Positions 35,309 through 46,583 of a stretch of DNA of 64,000 bases are shown piece after piece; within the stretch, counting starts at the first letter, position 1; the number at the start of each line of letters is the position of its first letter. The stretch is from Fistulifera solaris (lineage: Eukaryota). The stretch is taken from contig AP026152.1 in the NCBI GenBank assembly GCA_030295235.1, positions 682,001 to 746,000 on the forward strand, read 5' to 3'. A model generated the notes under the pieces. That model saw only the letters and a program-made list of their open reading frames with translations. It searched no databases and was not told the origin of the DNA. A program made the translations under genes and the position numbers.

Positions 35309-35938
35309 ATGAGAGGAATTCTTGCCGCTTTATTGTTAGCTGCGGCCCGATTTACCGTGCATCATGCTTTTAATGCTGGTAGGCCGCGATCCACATTATC
35401 ACCGATAGCTAAATTCGGGGTCGAAAGTTCCTTTCGCTCAAGAGATACCCAGTTGCGCCTTCACAACCCTCAGAATTGTGATGATGATGACGACGACGAC
35501 GATGATAAGGATGAGGATGAATGCATGCTTCCTTATGGGAATAGGTCGCCAACGTGGACGTCAAAATACCGTTCTCTTCTACCATATGACAAAGCCAGAG
35601 CATCCGTCATGCAGCTCGGGTTGCGATCAAAAGAGGATTGGGATGAATATGTAAGTGACGGTAAACCTTATCACGGGCCTTACTTGCCCAATAATCCGGA
35701 GGAGATGTATGCTCTGGACTGGGTCTCTTGGGAAGACTTTCTATGTGTCACACGGAGCTACAACGAGTCAAAGACATTACTGCGAGACGTATTAAAACTG
35801 CAAAGCGAACAAGAGTACACGGAATTCATATTTATGGACTCACATAGAGCTGCGGGGCTACGATTACCATTCAAACCCGCCGTCGTCTATCAGAACAGGG
35901 GATGGATTTCCTGGGAAGATTACCTAGGATTGGGCTGA
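35309..35938 (+). CDS. Plastid-leader protein with two P..Y...W.SWED(F/Y)L repeats
   Basis: Signal peptide ending HHA-F; duplicated PEEMY..DWVSWEDFL / PAVVY..GWISWEDYL. Confidence 0.65.
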   Translation: MRGILAALLLAAARFTVHHAFNAGRPRSTLSPIAKFGVESSFRSRDTQLRLHNPQNCDDDDDDDDDKDEDECMLPYGNRSPTWTSKYRSLLPYDKARASVMQLGLRSKEDWDEYVSDGKPYHGPYLPNNPEEMYALDWVSWEDFLCVTRSYNESKTLLRDVLKLQSEQEYTEFIFMDSHRAAGLRLPFKPAVVYQNRGWISWEDYLGLG

Positions 35939-35973
35939 TTGTCTCACTATTGCACACGACGATTCGTATTGCT

Positions 35974-36648
35974 TCAATGCTCCTTCATTTTCGGAGGTAT
36001 CGCGATCGCAAGGAACACTATAAAAAGAAATATCCCCATGAACACTGCTCCAAATAGAACGCTTGCTGCAAATAGAGGCGAGAGCCCGAATCGGTTTTGC
36101 GACCAAGCAAATACGTCGAGCGCTTTGACACCAAAACTTATCAGCGATCCTTGAAGAATGCCGATCGGACCCATTGGCGATGAATAAAACGGCAAAGGTT
36201 CTATTTTCTTGTATCCGCCATAGGCAAATTGGATCATGTTTTGCTTGGATCTGGGCTGCTCGAAAGGATACACTCTATAACCGTCAATAATAAAGAATGA
36301 AGGATAGCCATAAATATTGAAACGAGAAGCCAATGCTTTCTCCATATTTCCGTCTACCTTTCCAACTTTGACCATGTGAGAAGTTGAGCTGTGTAGTTCG
36401 TTAGCAATTTCATCATATGTTGAAGCGAATTGGGTACAGTGGATGCAGTTCGGCGAGTAAAACTCCACCAACCATACATTTCCGTCTCCCACATGTTCTG
36501 CAAAATTTCTTGTTGTAAGCGTTACAGGCTTTTTAGTTTCATCAATCGTAGCCGGCTGCGAGGCGGAGGATGGAATCTCCTTTTCTGCGCATGCAGCGAG
36601 CAAGCATGACGAGAGAGCAATTAGCACAATGGACTTTAACGACACCAT
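35974..36648 (-). CDS. Thioredoxin-domain transmembrane protein (TMX/PDI-like)
   Basis: Signal peptide, WLVEFYSPNCIHC, GYPS, C-terminal transmembrane segment and KxKxx-type tail. Confidence 0.85.
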   Translation of the reverse strand: MVSLKSIVLIALSSCLLAACAEKEIPSSASQPATIDETKKPVTLTTRNFAEHVGDGNVWLVEFYSPNCIHCTQFASTYDEIANELHSSTSHMVKVGKVDGNMEKALASRFNIYGYPSFFIIDGYRVYPFEQPRSKQNMIQFAYGGYKKIEPLPFYSSPMGPIGILQGSLISFGVKALDVFAWSQNRFGLSPLFAASVLFGAVFMGIFLFIVFLAIAIPPKMKEH

Positions 36649-36964
36649 TTACAAAGAACCCAAATAGAGGTAATATTAAGGCAATAATGTTCGAGAGATG
36701 TAACCTCTCTCTCCTTTTTTGTTCAAGTGTATAAAAGACCTTGTCGATCGACATGATAATGTCGATGAAAGTGAGTCACATTTTACTAACCAGTCACGAA
36801 GCAAAAAGAAAAAAGAAAATGATGACGTATCCTAGGTCTAGAGAACATAGAATAGACTGATAAAAGTAGAACGAATGCTCTTCATTAACACATAATAGTT
36901 ACATCGATATTAACCTCTATCAAACTGTTTTTACCGGGAGCATATAATGGTTTTGTCTTGTGTT

Positions 36965-37738
36965 TCAGGCCGCTGCAGCTGTAGATCGTAAGCAAGATGA
37001 GTACATGTCGTCTACTTCTAAGAATTCTTCGAGAACATCAAGAAACACTGTCGTGTAGTGCTCGAAAGCATCGTAAGGAATTCGAAGGGCAGGGGCTAAT
37101 CTGTCCAGGGCCTGCAAGATGAGTAAAGTGAACGGTAGAATCCGTGTACGGAGCTCATCCTTCTGCCCGTTAATGCAACTGTACTGGCAAACCGATTCAA
37201 GGTTTGAACAAGCGAGCTGTAGCATTTGATATGCCAAAGCAAGGTATCGTTCTGCAACATGGGAAAGAGCCGATGTTGTGGCAACACAGATATAGGAAGC
37301 TGCCAAATTATTTAAAAGAATGGAGCGTTCGGTGCCTCTGAAGTACGCCATACCTTCCCGTATTGTTGTCTCCGATAGCTCTATCCGAATAACGTTTAAA
37401 GAGAGTTGGCTGCTTGCTTCGCTGTCGTCACTTTCATTAAAACCTGTTTTCAATGTATCGGCAAAGTCGTTTTCTGTAATAACACGAAATCGAACGAAGC
37501 CATTATTTTTGGTCTCAGGCTTGCAATGAGAAAGTTCATGGTATGATTTTTCGAGCGTTCCGTTTATGGCTTCTAACGAAAGATGCGGATCACACATCGA
37601 CGCATCATGCATGATAGCAGTTGCATCAGTAAACGCCTCCAACGCCTCATCGTAACAACGTCGAGCAAGGAGAGATGCACCCACATTATTCAGCGCTATG
37701 GCTGCTGTGTAACGGAATTGAACGTCTTCTGTGCCCAT
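36965..37738 (-). CDS. Hypothetical helical (TPR-like) protein
   Basis: 257-aa ORF with AIALNNVGASLL and ILLNNLA motifs. Confidence 0.6.
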   Translation of the reverse strand: MGTEDVQFRYTAAIALNNVGASLLARRCYDEALEAFTDATAIMHDASMCDPHLSLEAINGTLEKSYHELSHCKPETKNNGFVRFRVITENDFADTLKTGFNESDDSEASSQLSLNVIRIELSETTIREGMAYFRGTERSILLNNLAASYICVATTSALSHVAERYLALAYQMLQLACSNLESVCQYSCINGQKDELRTRILPFTLLILQALDRLAPALRIPYDAFEHYTTVFLDVLEEFLEVDDMYSSCLRSTAAAA

Positions 37739-39628
37739 GAGTTCTCAAATAAAAGTTTTATGATTACACGACTTGTTGGTTTCTTATGATGTGATGTTTT
37801 TGTGTTCGCAATTTTTGCGCTTTGAAAATACCTTCGTTTTTTACAGACCTTGGCGCAAAGACGAGTTTGACTTCTCCGCGATGGCCGCTTTGGCAAACGA
37901 GTATCATGCGGAATGCGGAGAGAATGAATTCCTTAAAGTCTTTGCTCTTCTGCCATTAAGTGTGAAGAGAGAAGCTATCTCTTAACTGTGGAAGTATTGT
38001 ACGATTAGGGACTACAGAACGATTATCGGTATTGAAAGTTCAAACACCAAGATTTAACAGAAAAATGGCCACGCTACTTTCAAGTGAATAGATTCGGATT
38101 GGGTAAGATTCGTTTTTTTTCGATAGGTACCAGTAAGTAGTTAAAATTTCAAATATGCATTAGATGCCTTAATGTCCCTGTTCCGTGACAGCACTACCAA
38201 TGACTCCTCTTGAACTTCCACATGAATTTTTTTACACAGTGTTCTGTTCTATTGTTGGCACATTGAAGTTGAACTTCGGATAAAACAATTTATCATTCAT
38301 CATATTATTTAGCCTTCTACGATGGTCGGACAAATTAAGCAAAATATCTCTATTCCTCGTTGTTCTTCTCTCATTTCTGGGCTCTTCGCTTCCCTAATCA
38401 AATAACAACCGTTAATCGTCAATGTTCATTCGAATGACTAAGTCAATTGCGCAATACGCGCGCGAAACCGAACTGGATACTGACGTCACTACTAGCTCGA
38501 GTTTGTATAGGATAAAATTGTAGTGATCGTGCCTACAACGTTATGCCCAAGACAATACCCAAGACCAAATCAGGAAAAGATTGCATGCAGCATACAGTAC
38601 GAGTATTCGTAGATGATTCGTGAATGATTATCTATCTTCAAACTTTAAGGCAAATACAGGAGTATAAAGAATTCACGGGTGACTTTTTAATCAGCTGTTT
38701 TCGATCTAAAATAATAATGATAAGCTTCCAAGCTGCTCTCTCGTTTCATTTTCATTTCTTCGAAAGGCTGGTTAGCTGCCATTCAAGCTCTGACTTGCTT
38801 TCGTGCTGAACGGCACCAGTCGGGGGTGACAAAAAATACGCAGTCATTTGCACCAGGTAGCGCGAATACAATTGATAGCAGATAGCAGCTCACCATGGAC
38901 GAATGGCTAGAAAAAGCTATGATTGTTTGCGAATCATTCTCTTTAATTATTGTCTCGTCGACCCTACTTAGCCGGAGCTAGAGTGACAAAAAAACGATGA
39001 GACGCTGACTTACCATGTCCCTTTTCAAAAGGTAGAATAAAAAATACCGCGTTGCACGTTCGGTGATCGGTGAGCTAAACGGCCGAACTTTGTTAGAATT
39101 CTTTTATAAAAAAAAAGCTAAAAGCTAAAAGCTAGTCTAGGCCAAAGGCTGCCACGAGACTTGGTTCTATGTTATGCGTTACGCCTTTAGGGCCTTTTAT
39201 AAAAAGTTAGGCCTCATTTCTCATTACAGTATCGCTCAAGATTGATTTCGAGGTACATTCTGGAGAACACTACTGAGAACCGTATTGAATGTCGCAAGTG
39301 ACACTCCGATGATTTATTTTCTCCTTGCGTCGACGTCGAAAGAAAGTGTTCCGTTGGCGGTTACCAGGTATGGAGTTGGCGTTGGAGGTTGGAGTTGGAG
39401 ATAAAAGGCTCACCGGACCGCACACAGACACGCGGCCGCTAAAAGTTTTATTGCTTGGAAACTATCGACAGATCACTTTCCAAAAGTATTTACTTTTTTG
39501 TTGTAAATACGGAAGGTTCCTCCGGAAGTGGTGTATTTGTTTGCTTTTGCTCGATTAGATCAGCAACTGCAGGTGATTTATTCGAGCGCTTTACATTTTG
39601 AACGAGAGATATTATTTAGAAAGCCAAA

Positions 39629-40290
39629 ATGAGTACAAGTGCAAGGCGCCGTTTAATGCATGACTTCAAGCGGTGAGTGAATTGATAGCATGGTAGCTGC
39701 GTGCGACGGCTCCTGGGCCGAAAATTGTTACTTGCGTCATGAGTGAAAAGCTTTGCTGGCGCAGCGGCAACGAAAACGAATGATCTTTGTAAAAAGCTCC
39801 CCTTGGTGCTTGCAGTCGTACTCACCCCATTTTCTTTCTCCACTCGATTGGCCTTCATTTACTAAAACGCAGTCTGCAAAATGATCCACCGTCAGGAGTT
39901 ACGGGCGCTCCGATGGATACAAACATTATGCTGTGGCAGGCCGTCATTTTCGGCCCCGACGACACTCCGTGGGAGGGCGGCACGTTCAAGCTCGTGCTAG
40001 AATTCACCGAGGACTATCCCAACAAAGCTCCGCAAGTCCGCTTCTTGACGAAAATGTTCCATCCGAATATTTACAATGACGGGCAGATCTGTTTGGATAT
40101 TCTGCAGAATCAGTGGAGTCCTATTTACGACATTTCCGCCATTCTGACGAGCATTCAGTCCTTGTTGTGCGATCCGAATCCGGCATCGCCGGCCAACTCG
40201 GAAGCTTCTCGTTTGTACAACGAAAATCGTCGTGAATACAATCGTCGTGTTCGCGAAATTGTGGAGCAGAGCTGGTTGGACGAATCATAA
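39629..40290 (+). CDS. RAD6: Ubiquitin-conjugating enzyme E2, RAD6/UBC2, 2 exons
   Basis: [42 protein letters not shown]; intron 39673-39872. Confidence 0.97.
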
Positions 40291-40412
40291 ATGGTAATCG
40301 GAATACACAGGGAGATGAAGAAAAATCAGCAAAACGGTGACTTTTCGACTATTAGGGTGCGATGATGGGAAACAGACGCCTACATAAGAACTGAAATAGT
40401 TTAGTATATACT

Positions 40413-41075
40413 CTAGGGAACTTGCTTAATTGTATGTGTCTCTTCATATCTTTCTCGGGACGTTAAGCGGAGCTCTGGGGCTTTTGCTGCGACAAAGGAT
40501 ATAAACGAATCCACATCCTGATGAAACTGCATTTCTTCTACAGATATTACAGTTCCCTCTTCTTTTGTGCGACTCATAAAGACCATAATGGATGCTTGTT
40601 TGAGTTGCAAGAGCTGCGCGAGTTTATTTGCGTCCGAGTACAAGAATAGCCGGATGTTGCGTTCGTGACAAACAGCGGGGATGTAGTTCCATGGCAATGT
40701 ATTTCCTTGAGGCGCGTTGGGCAACACGACGAGTAAGGGTTGCTGTTGCTGCTGTTTTTGTGTGGACGATGTTGAAGGTTGCAGTAAGCAGGCGCGAGCG
40801 CAAACATTGTATCCTATTTTGACGCGTTGTCGAAACCATTCATTTCTTGTCCGAGATAGCGTGTTGTTCTTATTCACTTTACTAGGTTTCGTCCAGTATT
40901 TTTGAACCAGCTCTTTGTCGAAGCGTTCCCAAAAGAGCTCTTCTCGTGAAGACGAAACAGGTGTGGCTTGCAAAAGATCGGAAGACGTGAAGGTTGTTGT
41001 TGTGAGAAGTGACTCGCAATCGATCCAGGATCGTGGCTGTTCCCGTCTTTGTCGCTTTGTTTTCGGCAGATACAT
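40413..41075 (-). CDS. L7Ae/L30e-like protein, possibly an RNase P/MRP subunit (RPP38/POP3-like)
   Basis: KIGYNVCAR...LLVV...IPAVCHERNI...LAQLLQLK pattern; weak similarity only. Confidence 0.4.
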   Translation of the reverse strand: MYLPKTKRQRREQPRSWIDCESLLTTTTFTSSDLLQATPVSSSREELFWERFDKELVQKYWTKPSKVNKNNTLSRTRNEWFRQRVKIGYNVCARACLLQPSTSSTQKQQQQQPLLVVLPNAPQGNTLPWNYIPAVCHERNIRLFLYSDANKLAQLLQLKQASIMVFMSRTKEEGTVISVEEMQFHQDVDSFISFVAAKAPELRLTSRERYEETHTIKQVP

Positions 41076-41697
41076 CTTCCCTTCTCGTTAACAAAGCTTT
41101 TTAAAAAAGAGATCTACGATGTTGCTTATACCAGGTATTTAGAGGGAGTTGATGATCATCGCAGCAACAACTCTCATTATTTTGAGGTGGGCAACGCAAA
41201 AACACATTGCAAGCACATTGCTCGTGACTTGTTTCTATCAATCATCGTGTTGCCCTTGAACCAACACTTTGAGCCTATAGAAAATTCCTAATCGCACGGC
41301 CCGAAACGATAGTACCACCGCAACGTATTCAGGCAACGAATTATGAGTGTTTATGAATTATGAACATTCGATATAAAAGCGGCGGTGATTCAACCAAAAT
41401 TCATTGCTTACCACGGCAGTCATGGCCGTGTATTTCGAATTCTGTGTCGATAAAATCGGTTTCGACTCCTCAATGAATCGTGTTTGCCGTAAACCAACAC
41501 TTTGAAGCTATAGTACTTTGTAGCTCCACAATCCGGGTTACCTGGGAGCGTTATTATTTTGCGGCGTGTGTTGATAGTGTTGCGAGTGTTGACTGCGTTG
41601 ACCTATTGTTATTATTGCTGTTTATTTTCCTATAAACTGCCATTTTGTTTGAATTGGCGACATTATTTCTTTTCTTATTGAATGAATCTTATCGGGC

Positions 41698-43445
41698 ATG
41701 TCATCCTTGCAACGGCTTCTTTCCTCTTCGTTGACACAATCGATCAAAACGAGCAAACGAAGAAAACGAATACTACCAAGTGGTTATGTGCTCTCTCCCT
41801 CTTCTTCCCACTTTTCCACTATGACGACAGCCTCGCAATCTCTTCCGGGCGAACGACTTCGTGTAGCGGTTGTCGGCGGAGGATGCGCTGGTTTGTCGTC
41901 CGCCTTGCATTTAGCACCGCTCGTCGAAAAGGGTCTCCTTGCTTCTCCCATTGACATTTATACACACGACAATCCTTCGATGTCGCATCAACGTGATATT
42001 GGTGTCGGAGTCTGGAGTACAGCGTTAGATCCGTTCCGTTTTGAGCAGGACCGACCCAGTCATCAACTGGCTTACGAAAGCCTGATTCAAGCGGGCACTT
42101 GGGTCACCAACGTTGGGTATCGTACACCGGATGGATCTTGGTTGATGAAATCACATTTGCCTTCGAATCATTCGGAAGTGGATCAAAGAAATATGCCGGC
42201 TTTGTTGTTTTTGCGCGAAAAGGATTTGTGGAATTCCTTATCGACCGCGGTGCATTGGGAGCAACAACGTGGAATGATACAAATTCATGCACAGCAAAAA
42301 GTCACGCAATTGTGGGAACAATCCACTCGGCCGTTCAGTACGCATTTGATGATTGAGAATCAGAAAAACAAAGATCTTTCGTTGCCAACGGAACGCGATT
42401 ATCATGTTATTATTGCTGCGGATGGAACACATTCGTTACTGCGACAACAATACGGGGGCCATGATGTAGAAAGACGGGTGCGATTGACTGGGACGGGGGC
42501 TTTACCTATGCCTTTGGACATTCCAGCCGAAGGACAACATGCTTCTGCGGCGGACTGGAATGAAATGCAACGGCAAACGGGGATTGGATTGCAGGATAGG
42601 CACTATACCGTCTACCGAGGAAATGCGCCTCTCACGCGAGAAGAGATGGGGTTGGATGATACAAGTTTTCAAACGTGGGGGACGGGTAATAGCATGAGGT
42701 TTGCAACGGTGCCCATGGTATATCCAGTGGGAAATCGAAAAGAAGAACGACAAGTATGGTTCATTACTTGTGACGATCCCGAAATCGCTCAAGAAACAAA
42801 TCCGATTAAGCGGAGAGACATGCTTTTGGAGAAATTCCACGGTTGGCACGATCCCATTCGCCGGATTGTGGAAGCAACGGATCCCAACGAAATACTCGCC
42901 GACCGTGCGATAGCACATCGCTACGCCACTTCACCCGTCCTGAATTTTAATCATGTGGTGGAAAAAATGCGTGGTATCAGGCCTCCCAACTCGGGGAGCG
43001 GGCCGTTTATCATCTTCGTTGGAGATGCTTTCATGACGATTGATCCGATTCTGGCGCAAGGATTCACTGTCGGTATGGAGGGGGCGTACATTATGAAAAA
43101 GGCCATTGAGAAAGCTTGTGTCAAGTGTGAAAGAGACCCGACGTTAAACTACGATCCCTACTTGTTAGAAAAAGTATTGAAAGAACGCGATGAGTCTCGG
43201 ATGAAAAGGCTAGTTTGCCTTTTAAGAGCCACGGAGTTGGTGCAGTTTTGGGACAGCCAAGTGGGACTTTGGGTCAATTCCAAACCAAGATACTTCGCCC
43301 CGTCGTGCACATGATTCCAAACTTGATTAAATCTCCCATCTTTGATCGAGTGCTCAAATACTCCTTAGGCATCACACCGTTCCGCACAGTAGCTGACGTT
43401 CATGGTAATGATGAAGATGATACGAGTAAAATACGTAAAATATGA
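41698..43445 (+). CDS. FAD-dependent monooxygenase (frameshift at ~43246-43249)
   Basis: VAVVGGGCAG, IAADGTHS and VGDA..IDPILAQG fingerprints. Confidence 0.85.
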
Positions 43446-43950
43446 ACAATCCTAAGTTGTGTTGCAACGCAAACTAGATATTCCGTAGGAGCTATGCTTT
43501 TGGATGAAAGGTTTTGATTTTGTTGCAAAGGGTAGAAGGAGCAGCAGGTCCGAGATCAGAGATCCAAGATCCAAGCAATGGCAGAATGACCACTACAACA
43601 GTAGTCTATAGTAAAACTGGGTCATTGGTCATTGTTTTGCAATACATCCGGGTTTCCGGGTTGATAGTGCTGCTGACTTGACGGACGGACGGCGAAGAAA
43701 CGCGGAAGAAAAAGCGAACCGACGCAACGGGTCTAAAAATCACAACAAAGCATCACAAGTCACTGCAAATATCTCAAGCCAAAACGACGATCGACCCAAA
43801 CCCCAAACCCACCATTTTGTTCATTATAAAGCACCAAAGGCTTTTTTTGAGGGAGAAGAAAGGTGAGAGAACCGTTTTTTTGTGTTGAATATCAATTTTG
43901 AATATTTTTATCGTCATTCCGACAGTTCGGCCGTACCTGGTATTTTTCAA

Positions 43951-44150
43951 CCCAAATGAGTCTGCTGACCATCCAGCTTGAGCCGTGAGAGAGCGGTGAT
44001 TCTTCACACCCAAAATTTTCGTTGATAACGAAAAAGACTTCTCACGAAGGGGCGGCTTTGATCATGATGTGGTGGTCATTCGATCGTTGATTCATTTATT
44101 TTTGGGAGAGCGAGTGTTGGGCAAGTGGGGCAATAAAAGACGCTCGCTTC
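43951..44150 (+). ncRNA. Candidate structured non-coding RNA (unassigned)
   Basis: Nested stems over 43954-44097, then ATTTTTGG, then an 11-bp stem-loop; G-U pairs favour the + strand. Confidence 0.3.
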
Positions 44151-44219
44151 GCGACTTTGCGACGAGAGAGACGCGACATCTTCGTAGTCGTAGGCTAGTA
44201 ACAAGACAAAAGAGAAGTT

Positions 44220-44292
44220 TTCCGGTACGGGGACTCGAACCCCGGTCTCATCGGTGAGAGCGATGTATGATAGCCACCTACACTATACCGGA
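44220..44292 (-). tRNA. tRNA-Glu (anticodon CTC)
   Basis: Minus strand has a TCCGGTA/TACCGGA acceptor stem, CATCG-CTCTCAC-CGATG anticodon arm and GGTTCGAGTCC T-arm, with TTTT just downstream. Confidence 0.95.
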
Positions 44293-44677
44293 TTCCTCAC
44301 GTACATAGAAATCGCAACTTCAGAAACAGAGGATCACCTTACCGAATTAACCGGGTTATACAGGCGGGTTGGATTTTCTTTCATTTGTACTATTTCTGAA
44401 CCCGGTTGAAGTAGAACTTTGTTCGTTGTCAGTTGTCAGTACAAGTAGAGGTTTACCGTTTACCCGACCCGACCCATCTCAAGCCAATTTTCACCCACAA
44501 CCGTACCCGCCTTGCCGGTTCCGCGGCAACGCGACGCACGGACGGACGATCGGCGCATCACCATGCATTTAATAAAATTTTAATTAGGCAGACCATTTAT
44601 TTTTGTTTCGTTCCGTTATATCGTTATATCTTCCTTCTTTATTGATTGCACATTCTTTCAATATTCTCCTTCCCAAC

Positions 44678-45506
44678 ATGCCAGACTCGGAAGATTCGTC
44701 CGTGTCTAGCACTTCTTCAGCCTCGTCGGAAGAAAAGAGGCCCGTGGCCGACGAAAAGGAAGGCTCGTCTAGTAACAAAAAGAGAAAAAGTTGTCTCGGA
44801 AACTCCTCTCGAGCTAGTTGCTTTGCCGAGCAATGGAACTGTTCGGAAAAACAAGCCAATCATTATATTACTCGACCAAGCCACCATTGAGTCTATGAAA
44901 AACAAGCGAAATATCTACGAGTTGCTGAACTGTGATGACCACCGCGACTATTGCAAAAAGAAACTTCGCAAGGACCCCAATGAATTTCGACCGGATATTC
45001 TGCATCAAGAGATGCTGGCGTTGTTGGACTCGCCTCTTAATAAGGCGGGATTGGTCAAATTGTATATACAGACGAAGAAGCATGTTCTCATTGAAGTAAA
45101 TCCATCACTGCGTATGCCACGAACGTACAAACGTTTCGCCGGTTTAATGGTCCAACTGCTGCACAAGATGAAAATTAAATCATCCACCGAATCGACTACT
45201 TTGTTGAAAGTCATCAAGAATCCTTTCTCGCAGCATTTACCAGCTGGAACGCGGTGTTATGGTTTCTCGTCACAAGGCGATTTGTGCAGTCCCATTGCCT
45301 TGGCCAAGAACTTACTGCCACCTTCCCCCGACGACGGAGCGCCTCCTACCTGCTTCATTGTAGGTGCCATGTCTACAGGCCACGTAACGTTGGAAGATCA
45401 TCCGTATATGGAAAAGATGTTGAGCATCTCCGAGTATCCTTTGTCGGGTGCCGCCGCCTTGTCACGAATCATGGGGGGAGTGGAACATTATTGGGGTATT
45501 GTTTAG
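44678..45506 (+). CDS. EMG1: 18S rRNA pseudouridine methyltransferase Nep1 (frameshift at 44785-44789)
   Basis: LLNCDDH, RPDILHQ..L.LLDSPLNKAG, RMPRTYKRFAGLMVQLLHK, ISEYPLS. Confidence 0.95.
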
Positions 45507-45654
45507 TAATAATAAAGAAGGTTGTATGCAATTTATTTTTAGAAATAAAAATTAGGCGAAGAGTGCCCGTGTGTGAGTTGTCTGTAACGGGTGAAAGCAT
45601 TTGTTGCCACCTTTCTTGGTTTTTGCTCCGTCAAGCATTGATTGTCACCGTTTC

Positions 45655-46050
45655 AGAATTTCTGTAAAATTGGCAACAATTTTAAAAAAGCTTCCGGAAG
45701 GAAAGCCCACAAGAATATTCAGAAGTCACACAGCATTTCTGTATGACCAAAAACCTAGCCCAGAATTTCTGGAGTTCACACAGGATTTCCGTATTACCAT
45801 AAACAATGGCAGTTTCCAGAATTTCTGGAACTCGCTCAGAATGTCTGAATGACTAAAAAAACAATCGTAAATCTCTCAAACGTTCATAGAATTGGATTGG
45901 GGCCAAAATGCTCACACAGAAGATCTGTGAAAACATCGTGCAGCAATTCTGGGGATTCCAGAGTTTCTAGAGCCTTTATCCTGAATTCTGTATGACCGAG
46001 ACCGAACACATCCAATACACCCTTTCCAGAAATTCTGGAAATTACACGGA
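45655..46050. repeat. Degenerate array of CCAGAATTTCTGG palindromes (family C related)
   Basis: Cores at ~45657, 45760, 45816, 45958, 46026; flanks resemble the 24.6-25.2 kb array. Confidence 0.65.
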
Positions 46051-46583
46051 TTTTCCGTACAACCGAAAATAATTTTTTTCAGTTCCGTTCACTCCTCGCT
46101 TTGTTAACTAGCCGGATGGTTGACGCGAGAGTAAGTGTCACTTCAATTATTTTATCGACTTCCGAGACTCTCACTCGTGACTCAATATTTTAGAATGACG
46201 GAGCGGTATTGGCACTATGATAGCAAAAACTACGTAAAGGACATCGCCAATCGGTATCAAAGGTACACTAACTTCAGATGGTGTCGCACCTTTCCTTTAA
46301 GTATTCTTTCATGATGATTCTCTATTGTACTCTGACTATTGGAGTAAACCACACTTCTCCCTCTAAGTATTTATCATCAACAGCTATTTCAAACGCGCGC
46401 ATATCCTCAAAACATTGGCGCGAACAAGACGCAGATGGGCGATCGCCTCATCGCTTGTTTATTTACAACTTTGCACTGCAACAAAAGAAACCAAAGCATT
46501 TGAATCTTGATTTGCAACTATATCACTGAACAACCACTTAATCAAAGAATCATCGAAGGCTTCCGCCCGTCTTAACAGAAAGA

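Noticed and set aside
37985..39600. 1.6-kb gene-free stretch as a hidden gene or element
   Set aside because: No credible ORF, TIR or RNA motif; only short TA-rich words and an (AAAGCTA)n run.
43795..43810. cccaaaccccaaaccc as a telomere-like repeat or telomerase template
   Set aside because: Only about two imperfect units, and it does not match a TTAGGG-type repeat.
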